Assembly: GCA_964016885.1 (NCBI GenBank)
Contig: OZ024753.1
Span: forward strand, 39,184,001 to 39,248,000
Direction of reading: 5' to 3'
DNA length: 64,000 nucleotides
DNA from: Eledone cirrhosa
Lineage: Eukaryota
The position numbers and the translations under genes are program-made. Within the stretch, counting starts at the first letter, position 1, and each line of letters begins with the position of its first letter. Of this stretch, positions 1 to 13,385 are shown piece after piece. The notes beneath the pieces were generated by a model, which saw nothing but the letters and a program-made list of their open reading frames with translations, had not been told where the DNA came from and ran no database searches.

Positions 1-339
1 TAAATCCCTCTCCCCCACCTCATAACTTTCTCTCACTTTCAATATGTCTATACATGTGTGTGTTTTTTAGAGAGAGAGACAGATTGAGAGAAATACATAG
101 AGAGAGAGAGAGAGAGTGATTGAGAGAAATACATAGAGAGAGAGTGAGTGATTGAGAGAAATACATAGAGCGAGAGAGGGGGGTGTATTACATGCTATCT
201 TTACATCATTTTTGTTGATGCTGGTAATAGTGGTCATGGCGATAGTGGTTATGGTAGATGGAGGTTATCAGAGTGCTGGCTGTGGTTGTGTGTATTGTAG
301 TGATGGTGGCGGGGGTGCTGGTAGCGTGAGTGCTCGTTT

Positions 340-1435
340 GTGGTGGTGGTGGTGGTGGTGGTGGTGGTGGTGGTAGATCTTGTGGTGATGATGATGGCAG
401 CGTTAGTGTTCGTTCGTGGTGGTGGTGGTGGTGGTGGTGGTGGTGGTGGTGGTGGTGATGGTGGTAGACCTTGTGGTGATGATGATGGCAGCGTTAGTGT
501 TCGTTCGTGGTGGTGGTGGTGGTGGTGGTAGTAGACCTTGCGGTGATGATGATGGTAGCGTTAGTGTTCGTGGTGGTGGTGGTGGTGGTGGTGGTGGTGG
601 TGGTAGTAGACCTTGTGGTGATGATGATGGTAGCGTTAGTGTTCGTGGTGGTGGTGGTGGTGGTGGTGGTGGTGGTGGTAGTAGACCTTGCGGTGATGAT
701 GATGGTAGCGTTAGTGTTCGTGGTGGTGGTGGTGGTGGTGGTGGTGGTGGTAGTAGACCTTGTGGTGATGATGATGGTAGCGTTAGTGTTCGTTCGTGGT
801 GGTGGTGGTGGTGGTGGTGGTGGTGGTAGTAGACCTTGTGATGATGATGATGGTAGCGTTAGTGTTCGTTCGTGGTGGTGGTGGTGGTGGTGGTGGTGGT
901 GGTAGTAGACCTTGTGGTGATGATGATGGTAGCGTTAGTGTTCGTGGTGGTGGTGGTGGTGGTGGTGGTGGTGGTAGTAGACCTTGCGGTGATGATGATG
1001 GTAGCGTTAGTGTTCGTGGTGGTGGTGGTGGTGGTGGTGGTGGTGGTAGTAGACCTTGTGGTGATGATGATGGTAGCGTTAGTGTTCGTTCGTGGTGGTG
1101 GTGGTGGTGGTGGTGGTGGTGGTAGTAGACCTTGTGATGATGATGATGGTAGCGTTAGTGTTCGTTCGTGGTGGTGGTGGTGGTGGTGGTGGTGGTGGTA
1201 GTAGACCTTGTGGTGATGATGATGGTAGCGTTAGTGTTCATTGGTGGTGGTGGTGGTAGTAGACCTTGCGGTGATGATGATGGTAGCGTTAGTGCTCATT
1301 CGTGGTGGTGGTGGTGGTGGTGGTGGTGGTGGTGGTGGTGGTGGTGGTAGACCTTGTGGTGATGATGATGGTAGCGTTAGTGTTCGTTCGTGGTAGTAGT
1401 AGTGTTGGTGGTAGACCTTGCGGTGATGATGATGT
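340..1435. repeat. ~75-bp minisatellite, ~15 units of TAGACCTTGYGRTGATGATGATGGTAGCGTTAGTGTTCG(TTCG)(TGG)n
   Basis: Unit starts at about 374, 465, 532, 607, 682, 754, 830, 906, 978, 1050, 1126, 1202, 1260, 1348 and 1413. Confidence 0.95.
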
Positions 1436-1704
1436 GATGTATTTGATGGTCATAGGAGTGGTGGTTGTTGTGGTGATGATGATAGTAATGGTAGTGATGG
1501 TGGCGGTGCTGATGGTAGAGTTTGTAATTCTGGTGGTGCGGTGAGGGCGGTGTTGGGGTCACTAGTGGTGGTAGTGGTGTTTTGTTCTTCTCTTATATAT
1601 TGTTTGTTTTACATCATGTTTCGCTTTATAGTAATATATATATATATATATATATGTGTGTATATATGTATATATATATATATGTATATATATGTATATA
1701 TGTG

Positions 1705-1735
<31 letters not shown>

Positions 1736-1894
1736 ATACGTGTGTGTTCGTGTGTGTTTGTGTGCGCGTCTGTCTGTTGTGTATATGTGTGTTCGTGCTT
1801 GTGTGATTGTGTTTGTATCTCTGTGTGTATGTGTGTATGTGTATTTTTATGTGTGTTCGTGTGTTTGTCTGCCTGTCTGTATCTGCATGTGTGT

Positions 1895-1927
<33 letters not shown>

Positions 1928-2140
1928 AACGTGTGTTTTTTTGTGTGTGTGTGTATGTATGCTTGTTTGTGTGTGTGTGTGTGAACGTGTGTGTGTGTGA
2001 ACGTGTGTGTGTGTGTGAGTATCCATTTTTTGTTTCCTGTCCTGTTTTGTTTTTTCTGTTATGTGTTGTCTAGCACTCTGCTTTAATGTTTCCACTGCAT
2101 AACAACTGCTTATCAGGGGGAATCACGTTTATCTTTTGTT

Positions 2141-2865
2141 TAAACTTTAATAGAAGTGTGTAGCAGCAGCGACTACAACAACAACAACTACAGCAACAAT
2201 AACACCAACAAAACTAACTAAAACAACAACAACAACAACTACAGCAACAATAACACCAACAAAACCAACTGAAACAACAACAACAACAACAACTACCACA
2301 ACAACTGAAACTAAAACAACTAATACAAACTTTAATAGAACTGTGTAGCAGTAATGACTACAACAACAACTACAGCAACAATAACACCAACAAAACCAAC
2401 TAAAACTACAACAACAACAACTACAGCAACAATAACACCAACAAAACCAACTAAAACAACAACAACAACAACAACTACCACAACAACTGAAACTAAAACA
2501 ACTAATACAAACTTTAATAGAACTGTGTAGCAGTAATGACTACAACAACTACATCAACAACAATAACACCAACAAATCAACTACAACAGCTACAACAACA
2601 AGAAATATCATCCTTAATGATACAAACAACATCATTAACATCAACAATAGAAATAACAACAACAACAACAACAACAACAACTATCATCATTAGTAATACA
2701 AACAACAGCACCGTTATCTAAAAGAATTGCAACAACAACAACAACAACAACAACATCAAAAACAATTACAGTTTCAAAAACAACTGTAGTTACAACAACA
2801 CCAACAACACCAACATCAAAACAACAGCATTTACAACAACAACACCAAGAAACACAACTACAGTT

Positions 2866-2929
<64 letters not shown>

Positions 2930-3515
2930 CTACAGTTACAACAACAGCAACAACAAAAACAACTACAGTTACAAAAAACAACAACAAAAACAACTACAGT
3001 TACAACAACAACAACAACAAACACAACTGCAGTTACAACAACAACAACAACAACAGCAACAACAGCAACAGCAACAAACACAACTGCAGTTACAACAACA
3101 ACAACAACAACAACAGCAACAAACACAACTGCAGTTACAACAACAACAGCAACAGCAACAAAAACAACTGCAGTTACAACAACAACAACAATTAGAGTTA
3201 CAACAACAACAATAACAAACACAACTGCAGTTACAACAACAACAACAACAGCAACAAACACAACTGCAGTTACAACAACAACAGCAACAGCAACAAAAAC
3301 AACTGCAGTTACAACAACAACAATTAGAGTTACAACAACAACAATAACAAACACAACTGCAATTATAACAACAAAAACAACAACTACAGTTTCAACAACA
3401 AAAACAACAACTACAGTTGCAACAACAACAATAACAAACACAACTGCAATTATAACAACAAAAACAACAACTACAGTTACAACAACAACAACAACTACAG
3501 TTACAACAACAACAA
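2141..3515. repeat. (ACA)n-rich low-complexity region with ~183-bp and ~30-40-bp tandem subrepeats
   Basis: AAACTTTAATAGAA(G/C)TGTGTAGCAG recurs at ~2141, ~2327 and ~2509; ACAACTGCAGTTACAAC units in 3020-3360. Confidence 0.9.
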
Positions 3516-3607
3516 TTAATATGAAGGAGGAGATAAAAACTACCAGAAAATCTTTTTTTTTCAACGACATTTTTTTCTAATGTCAGAAAGAACCAATCTA
3601 TTATTGA

Positions 3608-3935
3608 TCACCATCAATATCATCATCACCACCATCACCATCACCACCATCACCACCATCATCACCACCATCACCATCATCACCACCATCACCATCATCA
3701 CCATCATCACCATCATTACCATAAGCATCATCATCAACATCATTATCACCAACACCAACACCATCATCATTTTCACTTTTATCATCATCATCATCATCAT
3801 CATCATCATTATCATCATCATCATCAACATCACTATCATTTCTCGTATTACATGGCGGTGACGATCATCATCATTTGCATCACCAAGATTGATAAAGATG
3901 ATGATAACCATCATCATCATCATCACCATCACCAA
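3608..3935. repeat. (ATC/ACC)n trinucleotide low-complexity repeat
   Basis: Runs of CATCACCAC/CATCATCAT. Confidence 0.9.
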
Positions 3936-3980
3936 CATGAAATTTTGTTTATAGAATAGACCACGAAATGATTTTAAAAA

Positions 3981-4088
3981 ATGAAAGACAAAATTGACCG
4001 CAGCAGGATTCGAACCAAGAGAGATAGTAAGGGCTATTGTCAAGGTTACTTACCCGACGTTTTAACCACTCTGCCAATTCGTCGCCTA
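3981..4088 (-). mobile_element. tRNA-derived SINE, 5' head only
   Basis: Minus strand has A box TGGCAGAGTGG and B box GGTTCGAATCC followed by ...GGTCAATTTTGTCTTTCAT, matching the SINE body seen elsewhere (GGTTAACTTTGCCTTTCAT). Confidence 0.75.
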
Positions 4089-4583
4089 ATTTAAAAATCA
4101 TTAGTAACATAGATGACATAGCGGTACAACAGTTTCTAGGCCAGTTATTGTTTCTCAAGCAAAGTTCTAACAGTTGAACCTAAGATTCAATGGCTAGTCA
4201 TTGGTAGCAGCATATGTTAGTAATTCATCAAACAGAGCAGTTTAAAGTGGAGGATCAACTTATCCAATTTGTCAATAAATGAGTGTCACTCAAATTCAAC
4301 ATTGAAGCGTTTGAGAGACATGAGAAATGTCTGCCTCAAGGTTTAAGAAGAAGAGACAAAGACAACGACTAGAGCATGGATTAGTTACCTGTCATATCTA
4401 ATTTAACCTCAGTTGACGGGAGACTTGTTTAATTAAACTGATTCTCGCCACTGCCTCGAAGGGATTTCGTCCAGATAATTATGTATTGATCTCAGGATAC
4501 TAATTTCAAGATTGCTTTTACAGCGCACTCTCTGTCAACGTATAGACACAGACACACAGACTTACAGACACACAGACTTACAG

Positions 4584-4652
<69 letters not shown>

Positions 4653-4755
4653 ATCATACATGCACACATATATAAATACATACAGAGACACAAACACACA
4701 CAGACGCACAGACTTACAGAGACACAGACTTACAGAGACACAGACTTACAGACAC

Positions 4756-4796
<41 letters not shown>

Positions 4797-6011
4797 ATCA
4801 TACATGCACACATACATACATACATACATACACACAGAGACACAAACACGCACAGACGCACGCAAGCAAACACACGTATACATCTACATTGTAACACAAC
4901 ATATATACAAACCGTCTTAGACGCAAACACAGACACAGACACACACACATATACATACATACAGACACACACACACACAATCACAGATATATATATATAT
5001 ATACATATATACACATATATACACATATATACACATATATACACACCCTCCCAAAGTATAACAACATATATATATAAATATATACATATATATACGCACA
5101 CACACACACACACTCACACACACTCACACACGAACACACGCGCGCGCATACACATACATATATATATATATATATACATATATAAAATGACACAAGCAAC
5201 ATACACATATATACATGCATATACAAATAAATACATGTTGCTTTTGTGTCACAACCGAATACTCGCTCCCATCTAAACACATATCAACTAATTGCAATAA
5301 ATCCCGTTTCTCTTTTGAATTCTGTCATGATTTCTTTGTTCGTGCTAATACAATACCTCGTTCTCTCCCTTTCCTACCTCCTATACATTTTAAATTGATA
5401 GATTTTCTCATCTCATTATATGTACTATGTTGTTATTGCTTGACTGACATTATCATCTCCGAATCAATGCTATCAACTACAAGCTATATAACCATAAATG
5501 TTTTAAATTCTTTATCTATCTAAGTCTTCTCTAAAGACAGTTTATTGGTATAACGCCAGATATTTGCTAGACGAAAGTCCAAGGGCTCCGAATTCCTGGT
5601 GGAGACGTAGAGGGTGCCGTCTTATCTTTGCTATTTTAAACCTGGCAGAGCCCATTTTTCTTCAAATTTGAACACAGATGATTACTTCGAAAAGAAGAAG
5701 AAGTGGAGAGAAGGTGAAAACAAGAGAGGATTGATCAATCCTCGATATTGAACTGGTATTTTATTTAAAGACATTCAAAGGATGAAAAGCAAAGTTAAGC
5801 TCGGCAGAATTTGAGCTTAGAGCTTATGCCTCATTTGTCATAATATATAGCATTAGTTATTTGATGGAGAAACTTGTTAGTCAGATTCCAGTCATAAACA
5901 CTTTCTTCTATATTGTATTAAAAAATAGTTTATAGTTAGATTGTCCTCACAGCCAGTAGACTTACGTATACACACATATAACCACACACGTATACACACA
6001 TACACACACAG

Positions 6012-6068
<57 letters not shown>

Positions 6069-6071
6069 TAT

Positions 6072-6278
6072 ATTGTTATACTTTGGGAGGGTCATGTTGC
6101 CAATAAGAAACACACGCACCAGTTGCTTTCACTTCAATTTATTATATATTTATAAATTTACAAATTTATAAATCTATAAATTTCTGGTTGGTTGGTTGGT
6201 TCCACAACCAGATAGTTGTTTATATATAGTCATAGTTCTTTCGTCACACACTCTGTGACCTCTTCAGAAACGAAATAC
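6072..6278 (-). mobile_element. Family C hammerhead-bearing (Penelope-like-derived) insert in (TA)n, truncated at the CTGAAGA core
   Basis: Near-identical to 17291-17494. Minus strand reads CTGAAGA-G-GTCACA-GAGTG-TGTGAC-GAAA. Flanked by (TA)n on both sides. Confidence 0.75.
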
Positions 6279-6284
6279 ATATAT

Positions 6285-6364
<80 letters not shown>

Positions 6365-6367
<3 letters not shown>

Positions 6368-6523
6368 AGGCGGGTAAAATTCCCGAGATCCATGGACGAG
6401 TTCTCTCCAGCGGTCTCTGTCCCTCATCATCGCTGCCATGTCCTGCATCTCCAACAGACCAGTGTCTGTCCTTAGGGCATCAACATACGTTGACCTTGGT
6501 CTTCCTCTTCTAGTGTGTCCATG
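6365..6523 (-). pseudogene. 3'-terminal fragment of an RTE/RTE-X-like LINE ORF
   Basis: Minus strand translates HGHTRRGRPRSTYVDALRTDTGLLEMQDMAAMMRDRDRWRELVHGSREFYPP*. The RxRGRP...D...DRxxWR pattern is typical of RTE-group C-termini. The stop runs straight into (TA)n. Confidence 0.8.
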
Positions 6524-6701
6524 TATATATACAGGGATGTATTTAATTGTGTCTCATAAAATAATGCAACTGGCTATCAGCAAATTACGTATAGTTAGCA
6601 CCCCAAACGTATAATTGGGATTAAACTAAGATATAACGTAATGAATGTTTGTTTGAGACGGAAGTCGGTCGCTTAAAGCTTTCTCTGTTAATGTATTATA
6701 T

Positions 6702-6774
<73 letters not shown>

Positions 6775-6876
6775 CGGCAGCCGCTGGTCTTTTACTTTTT
6801 TTTATTTTTCTCATAACCTATGGGGTAATAAATATCCTACTTCACACTAGGTTAATCTTTATATAACGAGGGGGCA

Positions 6877-6936
<60 letters not shown>

Positions 6937-7793
6937 TACCACAAGTACTATGATGATCTCTTTAATGTCTAGTTAGATGTCTAGTTGTCTACGTTTCCAT
7001 TGCATCAAGACAATTAGATTCCATTGAAGTGTTGTGGGACATGAATCTCTATTAAAATGTAAAGTGACAGTAACTATTATTTTATTGAACGGCGACCATG
7101 TCTCCCTCGATAAACCGGAATTGGGAAAGTAAGTAGATGAGAACGGTGAAGGGTGAGGGGGAGAAAACAAGGGAGTTAATCGGAATTGAAAGACTTGGTA
7201 AAGAATGGAGAGGTAAAAGGATAAAAGGAACATTAGCAAGAGAGAGAAAATAGAAAAAATGACGATTTTACTGAAGGAGAGGGTTGTAAAAATATAATAA
7301 CTAAATATGAAAATTATAAGAATACAATATTTTTAAAGATTATTAAATGATTAGAGAAGTTACATGCCCCAGCATGGCCTGAGTCTAATGAAGGGCAAGT
7401 ATATGTGTGTGTAGGCCCACGTGTGTGTATGTGTGTGTTTGTGTGTGTTTGTGTGTGCCTGTGAGTGTGTGTCTGTGAGTGTTTTTGTATATTTGTGTGT
7501 GTGTTTGTGTGTATCTGTGTGTTCGTGTGTGTTTGTGTGTTTATGTGTGTTTGTTTGTGTGTGTGCGTATGTGTTTCTCTGTGTGTGTGTGAGTATTTGT
7601 GTGTATTTATGTATCTGTTTATTGTATGTTTGCTGCTCAACAGAAATAAAATATTAAATATAATTTATAAACCAAAACAAAAAAAAAAATCTTCAAAATT
7701 TAGAGAAATTTTATTTGTACAGTAAAACGTCTTCTGAGCTTGTAGAAAAAGTGTGTGTGTGTGTGTGTATGTGTATATATATGTGAATGCGTG

Positions 7794-7840
<47 letters not shown>

Positions 7841-7933
7841 ATGTTTGTATGTGTGTTTATATATGTGTTTGTATATGTGTGTTTGCTGCTGCTACGAGAC
7901 ACAGACAAACAGATCTCAGTTCGTACATGGCTT

Positions 7934-8002
<69 letters not shown>

Positions 8003-8214
8003 ATCTATCTATGTATCTCTCCCTCTCCTTCTCTCACTCTCTCTCACCACATAATTTACAAAGCTATTCGCCAGGTTATTTATCTTCAACTTTTCAACAA
8101 TTAAGCTATGGAAATGCTAAAATGTTACTAGAAATTATGTTTAATCTCATAGAGAGCCAGTTCATGTCAATATATCATACATCTTTTCTCTTACTTTTTC
8201 ACCTTCTCACTCCG

Positions 8215-8247
<33 letters not shown>

Positions 8248-8261
8248 CCTCTCACTCAGTC

Positions 8262-8304
<43 letters not shown>

Positions 8305-8339
8305 TACATAAACACACACAGATACACTTTCTCTCTCTT

Positions 8340-8630
8340 TCGCTCTCGGTAACTTTAGACAGATTTTTCTGTTTATTTTTACCCAACACTGTACCGCACC
8401 ATTCCGCCATCTTAAAAATACGTTGCGCTCCAATGAAGCGGCTCGAAGCATGGACGCTAAACCGATGCTAATAACGCCGCATGTATAAAAGCGCTCTAAA
8501 ACGTCATCACAGCTGGAATCAATACCGCGTTTTCTGTCTATATGACGTGTTATATATCGACGGCAAAGTGACCTCCGACCCCAATTAGTCGCGCTGGCCC
8601 CCTGACGGCCCACGAGATTAGCAACCGATA
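8340..8630. promoter_or_regulatory. CpG-rich unique island, candidate cis-regulatory element
   Basis: High CpG density in an AT-rich background; YY1-type CCGCCATCTT at 8404-8413; CTCF-like CCGTCAGGGGGC on the minus strand within 8591-8610; TGACGT motifs. Confidence 0.4.
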
Positions 8631-8742
8631 AAGGAAGGATGAGTGAGAGTGTGAGAGTGAGAGTGTGAGAGTGAGAGGTAGAGGGAGAGGGAGAGGGAGA
8701 GTGTGTGTAGGCGAGAGACAGATATAGACAGACAGAGAGATT

Positions 8743-8776
<34 letters not shown>

Positions 8777-8815
8777 AAACTTTCTATAGATGGATAGATA
8801 GATAGTTACATTGAT

Positions 8816-8937
<122 letters not shown>

Positions 8938-9091
8938 GGAAAGAGAGAGAGAGAGGAAGAGAAAGAGATTAACAGAATTGAGGGCAAGGGATAGAGTGAG
9001 AGAGAAAGGGCAAATAGATTGGTACACAGATAATGGGTGGATGGATACACACACATTATATATATATATATATATACAGAGATATAGATAG

Positions 9092-9199
<108 letters not shown>

Positions 9200-9957
9200 T
9201 GAGAGAGAGAGAGAGAAAATTAATACAAAAAGAATATATGAGGTTTGAAAATATGAAAGACAAAAAATAAATAATAAAAGACAATGAGAGCACGAAAGTA
9301 GGTGTTTGAAGGATTGGTTGGTTGGTTGGATGGTTGGATTGCGGGGTTGTGGGGCCGGCGGATTGGTGGGCCGGGGTATGTGATGAAACTGGAGGTGTGT
9401 GTGTGGGGTGAGATGCAAGTAAAGTCACTTGAATGACTGAACATGGTCCGTCACGTTCCCTTCCGCCTGATCAGCTTGTGATCTGATTGGATCTTATGCT
9501 ACTAATGGGATGGATTTCGTTATTGAGACAAAGGAAAATTACTCGGAGATAAAGACATATGGGAAAGAAGGCCAGGCTGTTTGAAACAATGTGATAACAA
9601 CTTGCTCTCGCTAGCAATATGAACAGCAGAAGCAATAACAGCAACAACAGCAAAATCTGCTACAGCAATATCATCATCAGCAGAAGGATCAGAAAGCTTT
9701 CCTTTGACGTCAGCAATATAACATGGTGGATATTACTTTGTAAACGAAAAATAGTTTTAGTAAGGAAAATCACAAAGTATGTTCTAATTTGAGCGCAACT
9801 CCACACTCCCCCGTCATCCTTTTTCTGTGCGATGGTATTTAGTCGGGCGTTTGAACGGAATCTCTATACATTATACTGCTACTTAAATACACATGCATAT
9901 ACATATTAAATACACATTCAATCACAATCACATTACCACACATACACCCCATCCACT

Positions 9958-9994
<37 letters not shown>

Positions 9995-10048
9995 AGAAAC
10001 ATCAACAGAGTACATACCAATGTATTTATGTGTGTAAGTATGTAGTTT

Positions 10049-10148
<100 letters not shown>

Positions 10149-10855
10149 TATATATATAACAAATTAAGATGATAGAATAGATTTCTTAAATCATTTAATA
10201 CCTTACCAATGTTTCTAAACAAATTATTTAACTAACACTTACGATATAACAATATAGTAAAAAGAGTAATTTTAAGTCATTTTGGTTAACTCCATATATA
10301 TATATATATACACATACTCATGTATATATATAGATACACAGATACATACACACACACACACACATATGTCGGCCATTGACGCTTGTCAAAGTAGTGTAAG
10401 TGTGACTAAGTTTATTGGATGTGTCTGTCAATAACCCTATCTGCTGTATCTATCAACACACATATATCGATGATATGTTTATTAAATCCCTCTTATTTAG
10501 GTATTTGCATATTATCGATGAATCTGATAGTCAAAAGAAACACAGGATCAGTTGAGGCCAAAGAACGTACACAAAAAATCCCCCACCCCTCTCTCTCTCA
10601 CCCACTCTCTCTGTCTCTCTCTCTCTCTCCATATATATATATATATATATGAAATACCAATGATGGTTGGAAGATCACTGATGAAGGACTAACTTTATTC
10701 ATATATATATATACATATATACTTACTTATAAAAACTCTCTCACACACATGCATACATGTTTGTGATTGACTAACTACGCATATATTTTCTCTCTAAAAA
10801 TATTTCTTTTCTCGCTTGTTTTATCATTATATCTCTGCGTCTATTTCTCATTCTA

Positions 10856-10891
10856 TCTTCTGATGAAGGTCTAACGTCCGAAATATTAAGA
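10856..10891 (+). ncRNA. Minimal type I hammerhead ribozyme motif (isolated, probably old)
   Basis: TCTT-CTGATGA-A-GG(TCTAACGT)CC-GAAA-TA-TT-AAGA; stem I TCTT/AAGA; self-complementary AATATT at stem III. Confidence 0.5.
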
Positions 10892-10978
10892 CTCCTTTCT
10901 CGACTATATCAAACGTTAAAGTAAGGTATCTCATCATTTGACGTTGCTGTGCCCCATGTGGCTTTTCTTGTTGAATTT

Positions 10979-11024
<46 letters not shown>

Positions 11025-11029
<5 letters not shown>

Positions 11030-11216
11030 AACAAGTAAGACCCCGACGGCTGAGCTCAAGCCGTTTCGACGGTTAATTCTGTATAGAATTAGCCGTCGAA
11101 ACGGCTTGAGCTCAGCCGTCGGGGTCTTACTTGTTCCTATTACCCACTCTACTACCCTAAGTATTGAGTACTTTGGTGCGTTATGGTCCACCTGGTTCCT
11201 TACCACATTTCATTCG

Positions 11217-11218
<2 letters not shown>
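11025..11218 (+). mobile_element. Family A fold-back element in (TA)n carrying the 3' half of a hammerhead
   Basis: 56-bp inverted arms 11025-11080 and 11085-11140 (1 mismatch); GAAA-CGGC-TTGAGCTCA-GCCG-TC; tail TACCCACTCTACTACCCTAAGTATTGAGTAC... shared with the copies at 11281, 31157 and 38544. Confidence 0.85.
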
Positions 11219-11280
<62 letters not shown>

Positions 11281-11282
<2 letters not shown>

Positions 11283-11445
11283 CGAAGGAAGTGTGGTAAG
11301 GAACCAGGTGGACCATAACGCACCAGAGTACTCGACACTTAGGGTAGTAGAGTGGGTAATAGGAAAAGAGTCAGGACCCCGACGGTTGAGCTCCGGCCGT
11401 TTCGACAGCTAGACCCGTTTTGATCTAGCTGACTCCTTTCCTATA
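11281..11445 (-). mobile_element. Family A variant, tail-to-tail with 11025-11218
   Basis: Reverse complement of the family A tail; stem-II-like hairpin CAGCTAGATC/GGTCTAGCTG then GAAA-CGG..CCG-TC; its 5' end is a short inverted copy of CTGACTCTTTTCCTAT. Confidence 0.8.
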
Positions 11446-11446
11446 A

Positions 11447-11502
<56 letters not shown>

Positions 11503-12712
11503 TTCTGTGTTTCTGTGTTTCTGTGTGTGTGAATTATCTATGATTGTATATATGTATCTATATATACAACTATTGTCTCGCTGTTCGATAATAATGATGA
11601 TGAAGATTATGATGATGAGGATGCTGATGATAATGATGCAGCTTCTGCTGCTGATGATGATGATGGTGATTCAACGGTGATATATATACTTGGTAAAAGT
11701 AAAGCACCAAGGCTCCATACCGTTCCGAAGGGCAATTAGCTACTGAAATGAAGTCACCTTGCCTCAACCGAAATACTTTGTGTCACGATTTCGTATGACT
11801 AGGATCAAAACATTTGCTTCACAATAATTATTTATAGTAGCGAACGAATGTGGAGCCTCCAAGGTTTTCATCATCGCACAGACTCTCTCTCGCTGTCTTT
11901 CGCTTTCATTCTCTATCCCTCGCTCTCTCTTTCTTCCCTCTCTCTCATACACACACACACGCACACACACATGCACATACGTGCATTTACACACTCTTTC
12001 CTCCTAATGAATATGATTATATCCGTAATTCCCGGATTTTATTTTAGAAAATTAACTGGAGAGTTAATTATATTCAGAGCGTTGTTAACTAGTTGGCCTG
12101 AAAACATCAACAACATAAAGAGCTACCGACTATTTGGCTTACATTACACTTGAGACCAATCCGACGCAATGCTACAACGTATGCCTCGGAGAATTATTGA
12201 AGGACGGAAATACAAAAGAAATGTATTGCAGATATTATTATTTGCAAAATTTTACTAATATTATACTTCCCGTATTTTCCAAGCAAAATTAGAAATTAGG
12301 AATTAGAAATTAGCAGTAATTTACAGGATTTGCTGAATATCTGAGGAAATCTATTACAAAATGTTAGACGATCAAAAACTGTTAGCCACTTTCAGAAAAT
12401 TAGATATTAACTGCAACATAAATGAACGCTGTTAAAGATGAAGTATTCCTCAGAAAACGTTAGAAACTTTTCCTGTAGGCACTGCGTTAAACGATAAATT
12501 GATAATTCTATAATTTCTTTCTAATCTATGTGGCATAGAAGGTAAAGTGCTTATGAACTTTGCAGGTCCTTAGTTTTATTAGATTAATGAGTTGATGCTT
12601 CAGCTTGAACATTTGTGGATGAATAGTTAGGGGAAGAACTGAGGTGGGTATTTCAATAAGATATTATTCTGAGAAAGAACTTCAACAATGTTCCATGCGG
12701 TTCCTTTTTTTG

Positions 12713-13090
12713 AGACCCAAACATCATATTCCTACCTTTGAGATCTCAGGTTACCGCAATTCCTCCACATTTTCAATAGTCATCTCAAATGTTTTCACCG
12801 GAGCACCATATTAACATCAGCGGGGTTTTCAAACCTCATTACATACTCCAATAATTCACACAAACCCAGGTCATATTCGTCTCCCTTTGCAATCCCAAGC
12901 ATCATAAATTCCTCTCCATTGTAAATAGTCATCTAGTAATTTTTAACATGAGCACACTATTAGCAGGAACAGGCTTTTCAAACCTGAATAATCTTATATA
13001 TTGCCTAGTGATTCTCAGTGACCCAGGTCATATTCCAACCCTTGCGATTCCAGATTTCCCAGATTCTTTCACACTATAAATTGTCATCTA
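12713..13090. repeat. Degenerate ~150-157-bp tandem repeat, ~2.5 copies
   Basis: ACCCAGGTCATATTC...AATAGTCATCT...TTTTCAAACCT motifs recur at ~12713, ~12863 and ~13020. Confidence 0.7.
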
Positions 13091-13202
13091 GAAATATACA
13101 TTCCGTCCAACTACTTGACACCTTTGGCAAGTGTCTTCAAGTACAACCCCGGGCTGACGACGGTTTTGTAAGCAAGATCTAGTAGACATTAACATTGAAT
13201 TT

Positions 13203-13385
13203 CGGTGAATTGGCAGTATAAGTAGAGGGTTTGACGCCATGCTTTCCAGCATAGTTACGTCCCTCTACGGTCTGAGTTCAAATCCCGTCGATGTTAACTT
13301 TTTCTTTCATCCTTACGGGGTCAATAAAATAAAGTACCAGTAATGCACTGGGTAATTGCTGACCTTGTGCCAAAAGTAGAAACAA
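13203..13385 (+). mobile_element. tRNA-derived SINE (main family) with TSD
   Basis: TTGGCAGTAT...GAGTTCAAATCC...TTTCATCCTTACGGGGTC...GTAGAAACAA; TSD TAACATT(G/A)AATTT at 13190-13202 and 13386-13398. Confidence 0.9.

Noticed and set aside
340-1435. Regularly spaced repeat resembling a CRISPR array
   Set aside because: The spacers are only (TGG)n, there are no cas genes, and the context is eukaryotic.
3996-4088. tRNA gene candidate with good A and B boxes
   Set aside because: No cloverleaf or acceptor stem, and it continues into SINE body sequence.
10675-10700. CTGATGAAGG motif
   Set aside because: No downstream GAAA or stem II partner.
12340-12435. Frame YYKMLDDQKLLATFRKLDINCNI, reminiscent of a decayed transposase
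   Set aside because: Too short and degenerate to support a call.
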